Part shown: piece after piece, positions 17,928-26,024 of the stretch
How positions within the stretch are numbered: position 1 is the first letter of the stretch
Layout: each line of letters begins with the position of its first letter
Source: an uncultured Candidatus Saccharibacteria bacterium
GTDB taxonomy: Bacteria; Patescibacteriota; WWE3; UBA101185; UBA10185
Reading direction: 5' to 3'
Assembly (NCBI GenBank): GCA_964590955.1
Contig: CAZPYT010000004.1
Location: 1-46,416 of the forward strand
Length of the DNA: 46,416 nucleotides
The notes under the pieces: generated by a model
What the model saw: the letters and a program-made list of their open reading frames with translations, nothing else
What the model was told of the DNA's origin: nothing
Databases searched by the model: none
Translations under genes and position numbers: made by a program

Positions 17928-20900
17928 TTAATTCTTTTCTGTTTGTTGTTTGTATTTTTCTTGTATCTCGTAGATTAAGCGCAGACGATTTTCATTCGTG
18001 AAACTTTTTTCGAATCTCTCTTCTCGTTTTGATTTTTCTTTGTTTGTATTGTCGCTATCTTCTACATCCTGTAACACTTCAGTAGTTTCTTTGGGCGTTT
18101 CTCCTGTGCGCATTATTGGGGGAATGTTTACGCCGCCTTCAAGGTCCTCCTCTTGTTTTTGTGGTCTTGTGATTTTGGTGCGATAACTAACCATTCTATT
18201 TTGTTCCACATTTTCTGCGTCAGATTCTATAATGTCTTCTTCTTCAGGTGTTGTAGATTTAGCCATTAGCACTATTGCCTTCCCATCATTTACTACTTTG
18301 TCATCACTGTCATCCACTATACCTAGCACTTTCTCTATTTCGCTTACCTCTTCACCTTGTTTGAATTTTCCGAACTTAGTCATTAAAGTTTTTTCAGGTG
18401 GTGTTAAATCTCTTTCGTTTGTTTCTGCAAGTAGTCTAATTACTTCATTTATTGCTCTTTGTCGCTCTGCCTCCCCCTCAATATCAGCAAACCCTGCTAG
18501 TATATTCCTCCTTGCCTCTGTATGAAATGGTTTAAGTTGTTTTTCTCTTTCTCTAGCATCATCTATAAAAAAGATAGCGTATTCGTTTTCATGTTCAATT
18601 TCTCTGTAAAAAATATAATAGGTGCCGTCATCTAATTCCTTACGGCTTATTTCATCTTCTTTTTTGTAGTATTTTCTAAGCTCGCGTGGCCCCGGCTCTG
18701 GTACCCTTTCTTTCAAAAGTGCGTCAGCTGCAGCAATACGCGCATCTTTTGATAAAGTCGGATCCAGTTCCGCATTAATCTGTGCTAGTAGGCGCATTCT
18801 TTCAATATATTGTTCAGGTTCAATAGGCAGCCCGTCTTCTGGATATGGTTTTAATGTTTCTGCAGCTTCACCTGCAGGTTCTTCAGCAGTTGCTACAGCA
18901 TTTTCCCTCAAAACCTGTTCTTTCAACGTATAAGCCTCATTTGCTACCTCTTCATACTCCGCCGCAGTTATATTCAACCCAAAATTTCTCATAATATCAA
19001 ATACGTGCGCTTTTGCATCTAAAACACCAAATCTTGAAGAACACACTTCAATTTTCGCGGACAATTCCGCAATTACTCGAATTTCCATATTTCTCAAATC
19101 ATTCATTAAAAGGTTTGGAAAATTTCGATGGTTGAAAATTTCCGTAGCCACATTTCTCAACACGCTTTCAGCCATGTGCATTTCAAATGTGACATTATTC
19201 ACTTCAGTGAACAATGTTTGATGCCATTCCAGCGACCCTTCCCCATAACCATAATTGTTTCTTACTCTTTGCTCTGCTATTTGTTTATATCTTTCGGTAT
19301 TTCCGTAATTATCTGCAAAGGTTCTGAACATTTCCATTCCTCTTTCCAATAATCTTCCATCAGTTTGTTCATCCCAAGCATCACCGAAGCTTTCTCTCGA
19401 ATCGGTGTAAATCTGATTGATAGTATTTCGTTGTCTTATCATATCTATTTTGTCAGAAGGTGACTCCACTGTATTTTTTCTCATATGTTCTTTTGGATCA
19501 TATTCAAACCCTTGTTCGCGCCATTTTGTTTCTGCTGTTTGAAGTGCTGTTTTCCAGCCTATATATGTTTTTGCGTCTACAACGAGTCTCTTAGGTTCAC
19601 CTCTCTGTAATATTGTGACGCCGTACTTAACTCTGGTTGTTATTTCTGTATTGTTTGCATCAAACACTCTTCCGTCAGGTGTTTTTATAATTGGTTTGGC
19701 AAAAGGTTTTCCATCAATACTGTTCACAACATCTGCAGCCCGAAGTTGTTCTATACCTTCCACGCATTCTTCTAAAGATCTGTAATTGGCAGAAAATAGT
19801 GTTTTTGTCATCCAGGGGTTGTCTTCTTTGGCATAGGCAACTCCAGGTGTGTTTCTTAGCTTTTCTTCTTGGCGTATTGTGATGTGCACTCTTTGTACGT
19901 CCACTTCTTTTCTTACTGTAACCCCCTCTGTATTTTTAGTTTCTTTTATAGCTTTTTCATTGATATTTAGTATTGATTGTTTTGTTTGGTGGTATCCTTC
20001 TTTTTTCCAAAACCAGGTTCCTGTTTTTTCCCAAAGATTGTCTCCGGAAGTTGCGTCTAATACACCCTCAGGCACTTTAACTGCTTGAGCCAATGCCTCC
20101 CATGTACTATTTTTTGTATTGTAGTCTCTTCGCCATTTCGGAACTGTTTCTGTTTTTGACCAAGTTGTTTCGTCAATAATTTCTACAAGTTTTTCAAATG
20201 CTGTGTCTGTTTGTTTTTCTAGCGCGTTTAACTGCTCTTTTAAATTGGGGAAGTTTGCATATTCTGTTAATGTGTTATCCGCCACGAGGGTCTCCGGAAT
20301 TGTTTTTTCAAACTGACCAATAAACTGACGCATTGGTAAAGGGCCCAATTTTCTTACAGTAGCTAATTCATTAGTTAATTCATCAATTCTTTCCGGTTTA
20401 AGCTTCCCCTCAAGTTTTTGTTTAAATTCTGCTACATCTTCAGGACGTTCTTCTCTAGTTTTCGAAGCTATCATTCTTTCGAGAATTACTTTAGTATGAA
20501 AAGTCGCGCCGTCGTCAGGTTCCAGCAGTTTATCAACTACCTGCAGCGTAGCCATTACTTGTTCTTTATGTATACGCAGCAGTTCTTCTGCCACATTCTC
20601 GGGCAGCTCTTTTAAAATATCCGCAGTTTCAGGATCAGCCTCTCTATTTTCTAATCGTCCTACCCATTCTTTTACATCTGTTTGAATATTTGTGAGTAAT
20701 GTTTTTTCATCATCAGACACACCTCTACCTGATTCCAGTCTTTCTTTTATTTTTGCATCGATTCTATCAACAACCACAGCTACCGGAATGTCGGCTCTAT
20801 CTTCTTCCACTTTATAATTTTCATAAAGTCTTTTTACCAGGGGGATGCTTTCAAGTTCTGCAGCTCTATCTCCGGCAGCTACTGCTGCCTCAACTTGTTT

Positions 20901-21029
20901 GATTATGTTTTCCGGGAGGTCTCTCAAAGCATCAGGGTTTATTTCGCTAACCGGTGTTGCCAACAAAGAATCAATATCCGTAGCTCTTTCTATAGAATGT
21001 GTATTTTCAGCAACCGCTGCTAAAGCCAT
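17928..21029 (-). CDS. Large acidic hypothetical protein (1033 aa), no signal peptide, TM segment or recognisable domain
   Basis: Uninterrupted 3.1-kb ORF with protein-like composition, 14 nt downstream of the VirD4-like ATPase gene. Confidence 0.7.
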   Translation of the reverse strand: MALAAVAENTHSIERATDIDSLLATPVSEINPDALRDLPENIIKQVEAAVAAGDRAAELESIPLVKRLYENYKVEEDRADIPVAVVVDRIDAKIKERLESGRGVSDDEKTLLTNIQTDVKEWVGRLENREADPETADILKELPENVAEELLRIHKEQVMATLQVVDKLLEPDDGATFHTKVILERMIASKTREERPEDVAEFKQKLEGKLKPERIDELTNELATVRKLGPLPMRQFIGQFEKTIPETLVADNTLTEYANFPNLKEQLNALEKQTDTAFEKLVEIIDETTWSKTETVPKWRRDYNTKNSTWEALAQAVKVPEGVLDATSGDNLWEKTGTWFWKKEGYHQTKQSILNINEKAIKETKNTEGVTVRKEVDVQRVHITIRQEEKLRNTPGVAYAKEDNPWMTKTLFSANYRSLEECVEGIEQLRAADVVNSIDGKPFAKPIIKTPDGRVFDANNTEITTRVKYGVTILQRGEPKRLVVDAKTYIGWKTALQTAETKWREQGFEYDPKEHMRKNTVESPSDKIDMIRQRNTINQIYTDSRESFGDAWDEQTDGRLLERGMEMFRTFADNYGNTERYKQIAEQRVRNNYGYGEGSLEWHQTLFTEVNNVTFEMHMAESVLRNVATEIFNHRNFPNLLMNDLRNMEIRVIAELSAKIEVCSSRFGVLDAKAHVFDIMRNFGLNITAAEYEEVANEAYTLKEQVLRENAVATAEEPAGEAAETLKPYPEDGLPIEPEQYIERMRLLAQINAELDPTLSKDARIAAADALLKERVPEPGPRELRKYYKKEDEISRKELDDGTYYIFYREIEHENEYAIFFIDDAREREKQLKPFHTEARRNILAGFADIEGEAERQRAINEVIRLLAETNERDLTPPEKTLMTKFGKFKQGEEVSEIEKVLGIVDDSDDKVVNDGKAIVLMAKSTTPEEEDIIESDAENVEQNRMVSYRTKITRPQKQEEDLEGGVNIPPIMRTGETPKETTEVLQDVEDSDNTNKEKSKREERFEKSFTNENRLRLIYEIQEKYKQQTEKN

Positions 21030-21043
21030 AATACAAATTATAC

Positions 21044-23479
21044 CTAAAATGGAATTTTTTTAAACAAAGAAGGTTTTTCTTCATCAGGTTTAGGTTCATC
21101 AAATCCCGCGCGCTGATTTATATAAGACTCTACTTCTGCAATAGGTACGCCATATTTCATACGCGAATTGAATTTTATCTGTTCCGAAACTTCACGACTA
21201 ACAGGAACATTTGTATGTATAACATCCCAAGGTACACTAATAGAAAACGGCTGTGAAGGGTGGCCGTTTACCAGTAATCGCACATATGCATTACCAATAG
21301 CCAACCCTGAAATATCTCTTTTTTCAAAAGTTGGCTTAAAATACTGTTCCAGATATTCTGCATCATCTGCCCCAACTCTAAATGTACACATAGATCCCAC
21401 GTTTCCAAAAATGGCGTTTTTAATTTCATCTGATAATTGTGCAATAAATTGGTGCGCTACTGTTAAATTTAATTTGTATTTTCTTGCCTCAGACAAAATG
21501 GTTTCAAAATCAGGTGTGGCAAAATTTTGAAATTCATCAACATACAAATAAAAGCTTGGAAAGTCTTGGCCCTGTTCAATAAGCTTATGTCGTGCTAAAG
21601 CGGTGCTTAATATTTTCGGTACCAGCAATAATCCCAAGAAGTCAGAATTTTCCTCACCAATTTTTCCTTTTGCCAAATCAACCAGCAATATTTTCTTTTC
21701 TGACATCACGCGTGACAAATTGAATGCAGATTTAGGTTGTCCTATTATGTTTCGCATTAGTCGATCGGTAACAAATTTATCGAATTTAGAAACGAAATAA
21801 CCCATTTTTTCCGACTTGTGATAGTCAGTGGTTTTTGCCATTTCGTCCGTCCAGAATCTTTTTACAAGCGGATCTGTAATTTTATCAATAAAGTTTTGTG
21901 CGTACTTGTTATCGATTAGTAATCTCAAAACATCCACCATTGTACTTGTTGGGTCCACCATTGCTGTTAACATGACATTTCTAATTGCACGCTCAAGTTG
22001 TGGTCCCATAATACCTGAATGATTAGGGTCATAAAGTTTATATAACAGAGCAATAAATGCGTTTATAACCATGTGCTTGTCTTCTTCTGATTCGGCTTCA
22101 AGCATATTTAATCCCATAGGTCTGTCGGTGTCGGCAACATTCCAGTAGATAACATCATTTACTCTTTCCGGTGGCATTTTTTGCAGCAAATCTTGTACAT
22201 CTGTACCGTGTGGGTCAATAACCGCTACTCCTTCACCGTTTTTAATATCCTGTAATGCCATATATTTCAAAAGCTCTGATTTACCGGTACCTGTTTGCCC
22301 AATGATATAAAAATGTCTGGTACGGTCTTTTTCTTTCATATAAACCTGAGTTTTTACCCCTCGAAAGCTGCTTTCACCGATCCAAATACCTTCATGCGCT
22401 TCAGGTAGATTCGTTGGTGCGGATGCTCTTCTTGCCGTGAGCCATTGGATATTGGGTGTTTGCACATTCTTATTGGGGAAGTGAAATACCGTCGCCATTT
22501 CAGCTGTATTTAACACCGGGAGATTTTTATAAAAAGTTATTCCTAACATTGGTAAAAATATTTCTTTAGCACCAACTTTTCTGAAAATAAAGTTGTCAAT
22601 TATTCTTTTTTGAGCAAGCTGCGGAATGAACGCCCCTTTTAAAACAAGCTTGTTGTTATTTACATCAGAAAACTGTTCAAAACCGTTAGCTACATTGCTG
22701 ATATGCAGCTGAGATGTTTGGTTGTCTTCTGAAATAGACACGACTCTAATAGCCGTATCAAATCCGGGGCTGGCTAGCTTTTTTTCGACAGCTTCCACAT
22801 GCTTTTGATCAACATTATAGTGTTTCTCTGTATCTGCGGCTTTGTTTTTCAAGCCGTTTATGTAACCGCGTCCGGAACTTCTCCAATTTTCATTTGCGGG
22901 TGAAATAACAAATTGCACAGCTATGACCTCGTTTCCGGAGAGCTTACTCATAGAAGATGTTAGTAGATTTAGAGAATCAGTTTTTATATCCTCATACATT
23001 CTAAGTGGAAAGTAAGACGGTCCTCTAAATTTAAATTCTGCTGCATGTGTAAATTTGCCCCTATCCCAAACTTCATTTGGGTTAATGATGTCAATTTCGG
23101 CAGAAGGATACACGCCATTAATCTGCTTTTCCACATAAGTTGCTATTTCGTCAGGAACAACAACATAAAAACTAATACCCTCGCGTTTAGAGACTATCTC
23201 AAAAGAAACCCTGTACTGGCCTGTAAAAAGTGCTTTTAAACCCGGTTTTCTTAATCCGACTAAACTCGAGAAAAGATGCTCAGCTGCCTCAATTTCAATT
23301 TCATTGTCTGGAGGCATTTTAATCTGTAAAAAAGTAAGGTCAAACTCGTGCAGTTTTTCCATTTTTTTTCTTCTTAGTCTGACCAGAAAAATAACAAGTC
23401 CAAAAAATAAGAAAAACAATATGAGAGGCATCAACAACTCCAATAGTAGCGCATTTGTCATGTTAGGGTTTGTGGCCAT
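21044..23479 (-). CDS. VirD4/TraG/TraD-like type IV coupling-protein-family ATPase with N-terminal TM and an unknown 370-aa N-domain
   Basis: Walker A IIGQTGTGKS followed by VIDPHG. Walker B plus TraG-D_C-like region YLYVDEFQNF...EARKYKLNLTVAHQFIAQL. TM segment LLLELLMPLILFFLFFGLVIFLV. Possible starts: TTG 23491, ATG 23479 (GGAGG lies 12 nt upstream), ATG 23461. Confidence 0.75.
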   Translation of the reverse strand: MATNPNMTNALLLELLMPLILFFLFFGLVIFLVRLRRKKMEKLHEFDLTFLQIKMPPDNEIEIEAAEHLFSSLVGLRKPGLKALFTGQYRVSFEIVSKREGISFYVVVPDEIATYVEKQINGVYPSAEIDIINPNEVWDRGKFTHAAEFKFRGPSYFPLRMYEDIKTDSLNLLTSSMSKLSGNEVIAVQFVISPANENWRSSGRGYINGLKNKAADTEKHYNVDQKHVEAVEKKLASPGFDTAIRVVSISEDNQTSQLHISNVANGFEQFSDVNNNKLVLKGAFIPQLAQKRIIDNFIFRKVGAKEIFLPMLGITFYKNLPVLNTAEMATVFHFPNKNVQTPNIQWLTARRASAPTNLPEAHEGIWIGESSFRGVKTQVYMKEKDRTRHFYIIGQTGTGKSELLKYMALQDIKNGEGVAVIDPHGTDVQDLLQKMPPERVNDVIYWNVADTDRPMGLNMLEAESEEDKHMVINAFIALLYKLYDPNHSGIMGPQLERAIRNVMLTAMVDPTSTMVDVLRLLIDNKYAQNFIDKITDPLVKRFWTDEMAKTTDYHKSEKMGYFVSKFDKFVTDRLMRNIIGQPKSAFNLSRVMSEKKILLVDLAKGKIGEENSDFLGLLLVPKILSTALARHKLIEQGQDFPSFYLYVDEFQNFATPDFETILSEARKYKLNLTVAHQFIAQLSDEIKNAIFGNVGSMCTFRVGADDAEYLEQYFKPTFEKRDISGLAIGNAYVRLLVNGHPSQPFSISVPWDVIHTNVPVSREVSEQIKFNSRMKYGVPIAEVESYINQRAGFDEPKPDEEKPSLFKKIPF

Positions 23480-23879
23480 GATGCTTTTCAACCTCCTCGA
23501 TAAAATGTTCTTCCTCTTTATCCGCTTCTTCTGTTAGTTTATCCGGGGTTTGATTAATAGGATGCAAGTGCAAAGGCTCTTCTGACTTATCAACTACTTT
23601 TGCTTGTATAGGTTTTGTTGCAACATCACTTAATGTAATTGACTGTTCTTCCTCAAGTCTGCTCTGAGGTACCGGTGTTTTAGCAAGCTCAGCTTGTGTT
23701 AATTTTTCATTTCTTACAATTTCTGTCGGATTTTTAGTTGTTTCCACAACAGGCATTCCTTCCGGGCCTGCACTGTAACGTGTTTGTTGTTGTTGATGTT
23801 CTTCTACTAAACTGTTTAGGCTAGCAAAATCATCATCAGTGTTTGTATTATTTTGATTTAGATTGTTTTGATCGTCCAT
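23463..23879 (-). CDS. Low-complexity (Q/N/E-rich) hypothetical protein
   Basis: 138-aa ORF with ATG start, overlapping the ATPase start region. Confidence 0.45.
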   Translation of the reverse strand: MDDQNNLNQNNTNTDDDFASLNSLVEEHQQQQTRYSAGPEGMPVVETTKNPTEIVRNEKLTQAELAKTPVPQSRLEEEQSITLSDVATKPIQAKVVDKSEEPLHLHPINQTPDKLTEEADKEEEHFIEEVEKHHGHKP

Positions 23880-23940
23880 AGTGACCTAATTCTATCATTA
23901 GCCCAGTAACATTAAAACACTAAATGTAAAAAACAGCTAA

Positions 23941-24258
23941 TTATCTCAAGCCGGTAAACTTTTTTTTCTTATCTTTCACTTTTTGGGCGGAATCTTCCAA
24001 AACGTCTTCTACTTTATTCAAAAAGGTCTTAGTTGCATCTTGTGCTTTTTCCTCCAGATCATCGCGTACTTCTTCGTATTTTTCTCTTGCCTCAGTTTTA
24101 AATTTATCAAACTTTTCTTTACCTTCATCCATCAAGTCTTTTGATTGTTTTTTTAGTTTTTCCCTAGTTTCCTTACCTGAAGCCGGTGCATGCAGTAGTG
24201 CAACAATTGCCCCCACCACTGCCCCAAAAAATGCTCCTTTGATAAAATCTTTTTTCAT
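23941..24258 (-). CDS. YtxH-domain protein (N-terminal Gly-zipper TM plus charged helices)
   Basis: KGAFFGAVVGAIVALLHAPASGKETREKL, typical of YtxH. Confidence 0.7.
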   Translation of the reverse strand: MKKDFIKGAFFGAVVGAIVALLHAPASGKETREKLKKQSKDLMDEGKEKFDKFKTEAREKYEEVRDDLEEKAQDATKTFLNKVEDVLEDSAQKVKDKKKKFTGLR

Positions 24259-24264
24259 AAATAA

Positions 24265-24498
24265 CTAATCCTCCTCACGTAAATTTTTAATTGCTTTTAT
24301 ACCCTTGATAATGCCCGTTACGACATTCAATGGGTTTGCTACTAAATTAGTGACATTTTCTACATCACCTAGTATTTGATTTGCTTTTTCGATTGTAGCC
24401 CTAAGTTCACGCAAAACCAGTACAACGTAAACACCTACTGCTACTAATGTAACTGTAAGAATTGAAAGTATAAAAATGTATAAAATTTGTAAGTCCAT
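24265..24498 (-). CDS. DUF948-like small membrane protein
   Basis: An N-terminal TM followed by LRELRATIEKANQILGDVENV. It is paired with the YtxH gene, as in Firmicutes. Internal ATG 24498 preferred. Confidence 0.55.
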   Translation of the reverse strand: MDLQILYIFILSILTVTLVAVGVYVVLVLRELRATIEKANQILGDVENVTNLVANPLNVVTGIIKGIKAIKNLREED

Positions 24499-24637
24499 AG
24501 GGCAGTTTTCTTGTATTTGAAGTATATAGGAGTTTTGTATGCGGTTCAAGGCTCTTCGGGGGCGATTTGACCCGCGCGTTTACAAGCTATGGGATATGGC
24601 GTGTAATAGCGGAAATCTTATGAAAAAGGAGGGAAAA

Positions 24638-25246
24638 ATGAGAAGATTTTTCCTATTTGTTTTGTTTACTTTTTTGGCGTCTTTGGCGTGCAATATTGCT
24701 GCAGACCCCGTTGACTCTGCACAGTCTTCTTTTCCTGCTGCAAGCACAGTCGAATCGAATGTCGTTTCTGCACAGTCTACAACAACAAGCCCGATATCTT
24801 TGTTCATTGGCGCAAACAGTTATTCTATTGAGCTTTATGAAGGAAGTGTAACTACAGATAGCTATAAAGTCACGTTGGGCATTTTCTCTTCCAAACCAAA
24901 CGCTATATGGTTACTTGGCCATAACAACTTGGTTGGTGCCGCCTTTCTTAAATTACAAGTAGGCGATGAGTTTTTTATTCATTTTCAGGACAGCCGCACC
25001 CAGTGGTACAAAGTCGACAGCATTAGAAGGTATCGTGCTATTACTCCGGAAAGTGACGGCACAAATCTAGTCGAAGTGTCATACCCTTCTTTGAACGATA
25101 TAACCGGTCAAGAAGAGGAACCCTTTTCCGTCAAAAATAAAGTATTGCAGGACGGTTATGTTACTTTGCAGACCTGTATATCGAAAGACGGTAACGGAAT
25201 TTGGGGTAGACTGTTCGTAATCGCAAAAAAAATAGAAACAAAATAA
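24638..25246 (+). CDS. Sortase-fold transpeptidase-like protein with lipoprotein-type signal
   Basis: LLGHNN (His), VTLQTC (TLxTC Cys) and GRLFVIA (Arg). AAGGAGGG Shine-Dalgarno sequence 5 nt before ATG 24638. LASLAC lipobox-like signal. Confidence 0.6.
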   Translation: MRRFFLFVLFTFLASLACNIAADPVDSAQSSFPAASTVESNVVSAQSTTTSPISLFIGANSYSIELYEGSVTTDSYKVTLGIFSSKPNAIWLLGHNNLVGAAFLKLQVGDEFFIHFQDSRTQWYKVDSIRRYRAITPESDGTNLVEVSYPSLNDITGQEEEPFSVKNKVLQDGYVTLQTCISKDGNGIWGRLFVIAKKIETK

Positions 25247-25250
25247 CGAC

Positions 25251-25291
25251 AAGTGCTCATTGAATTTTTAACTCGATGAGCACTTTTGTTT
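25251..25291. terminator. Bidirectional intrinsic terminator between convergent genes
   Basis: AAGTGCTCAT (25251-25260) pairs with ATGAGCACTT (25276-25285), followed by TTGTTTG. Confidence 0.6.
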
Positions 25292-25309
25292 GATAATGGT
25301 TGCATTCTT

Positions 25310-25648
25310 TCAAAGCTTTGTCACAGATTGTACATCAGGTGTGAGCTCAGGGCTCCCGCTTACGAAAGCGATTTTACTCCCAACGGTCCATTTTTTGTAC
25401 ATTTCCGCAGCGTTTTCAGGTACGTGCACAACCTCAAAGATTGGTGTGTCCTCAGAACCTACTTCTTTTGGATCTGCTATTTTCAATATGATGCCTTTTG
25501 CATAGCATTGTCTTTCCGGTGTGTTTACGCAGACACAAATATCTCCCGGTTTGTGTTGTTTGTACCAGGTGCTTACACTTGTTACGAACCCAATAACCCT
25601 ATGTTTGTTATCCGGGGTTGTTTGGTTTAGAGTAAAGTAGTCTCTCAT
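25310..25648 (-). CDS. Hypothetical protein (112-118 aa)
   Basis: The ORF begins at 25666, but ATG 25648 has an AGGA Shine-Dalgarno sequence. A TTAGAC-N18-TATATA promoter would place the transcription start after the first ATG. Confidence 0.55.
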   Translation of the reverse strand: MRDYFTLNQTTPDNKHRVIGFVTSVSTWYKQHKPGDICVCVNTPERQCYAKGIILKIADPKEVGSEDTPIFEVVHVPENAAEMYKKWTVGSKIAFVSGSPELTPDVQSVTKL

Positions 25649-25967
25649 TATATTGTCCTTTTTCATTTATATATACATTAACCTAGAGATTTTGTCTAAT
25701 TTGTATTAGGTTTTTGCTTTGAGGAAGTATGTGTGGCAAAATTTTTAGCATAATATTCTATTGGCAGGTGTTTTTTATGGAAATAAAAAAAGTCACCATA
25801 GTTTCAGTTTGGTCAAGAGCATTATTTGATCAAAGAATAAGACTCTGTGTTTTAACACAGAGATGGATTCGTGCCTGTAGCGTAGCGGAAGCTGCAAACA
25901 GCAAGATCAAACAGCAGACTGCACACTTTAGTGCGCAGTCGTTGATTTTGCTACACCAGCAAAAAAG

Positions 25968-25997
25968 AAAAACCCCGAATAGAAATCCGGGGTTTTT
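25968..25997. terminator. Bidirectional intrinsic terminator after dnaK
   Basis: AAAAACCCCG-10 nt loop-CGGGGTTTTT. Confidence 0.75.
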
Positions 25998-26024
25998 CAT
26001 GTCGACTATTCTGCTAATAGCTTC

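Noticed and set aside
25860-25965. Possible tmRNA (GCAAAC..-type tag start) or SRP RNA (GGAA tetraloop) identity for the structured region.
   Set aside because: No frame gives a short tag ending in a stop. There is no GGGG 5' end, T-arm or CCA-proximal acceptor. The internal loops flanking the GGAA-capped stem do not match the SRP domain IV symmetric loop (AGCA spacing is wrong). The GAGGAAAGTCC motif of RNase P RNA is also absent.
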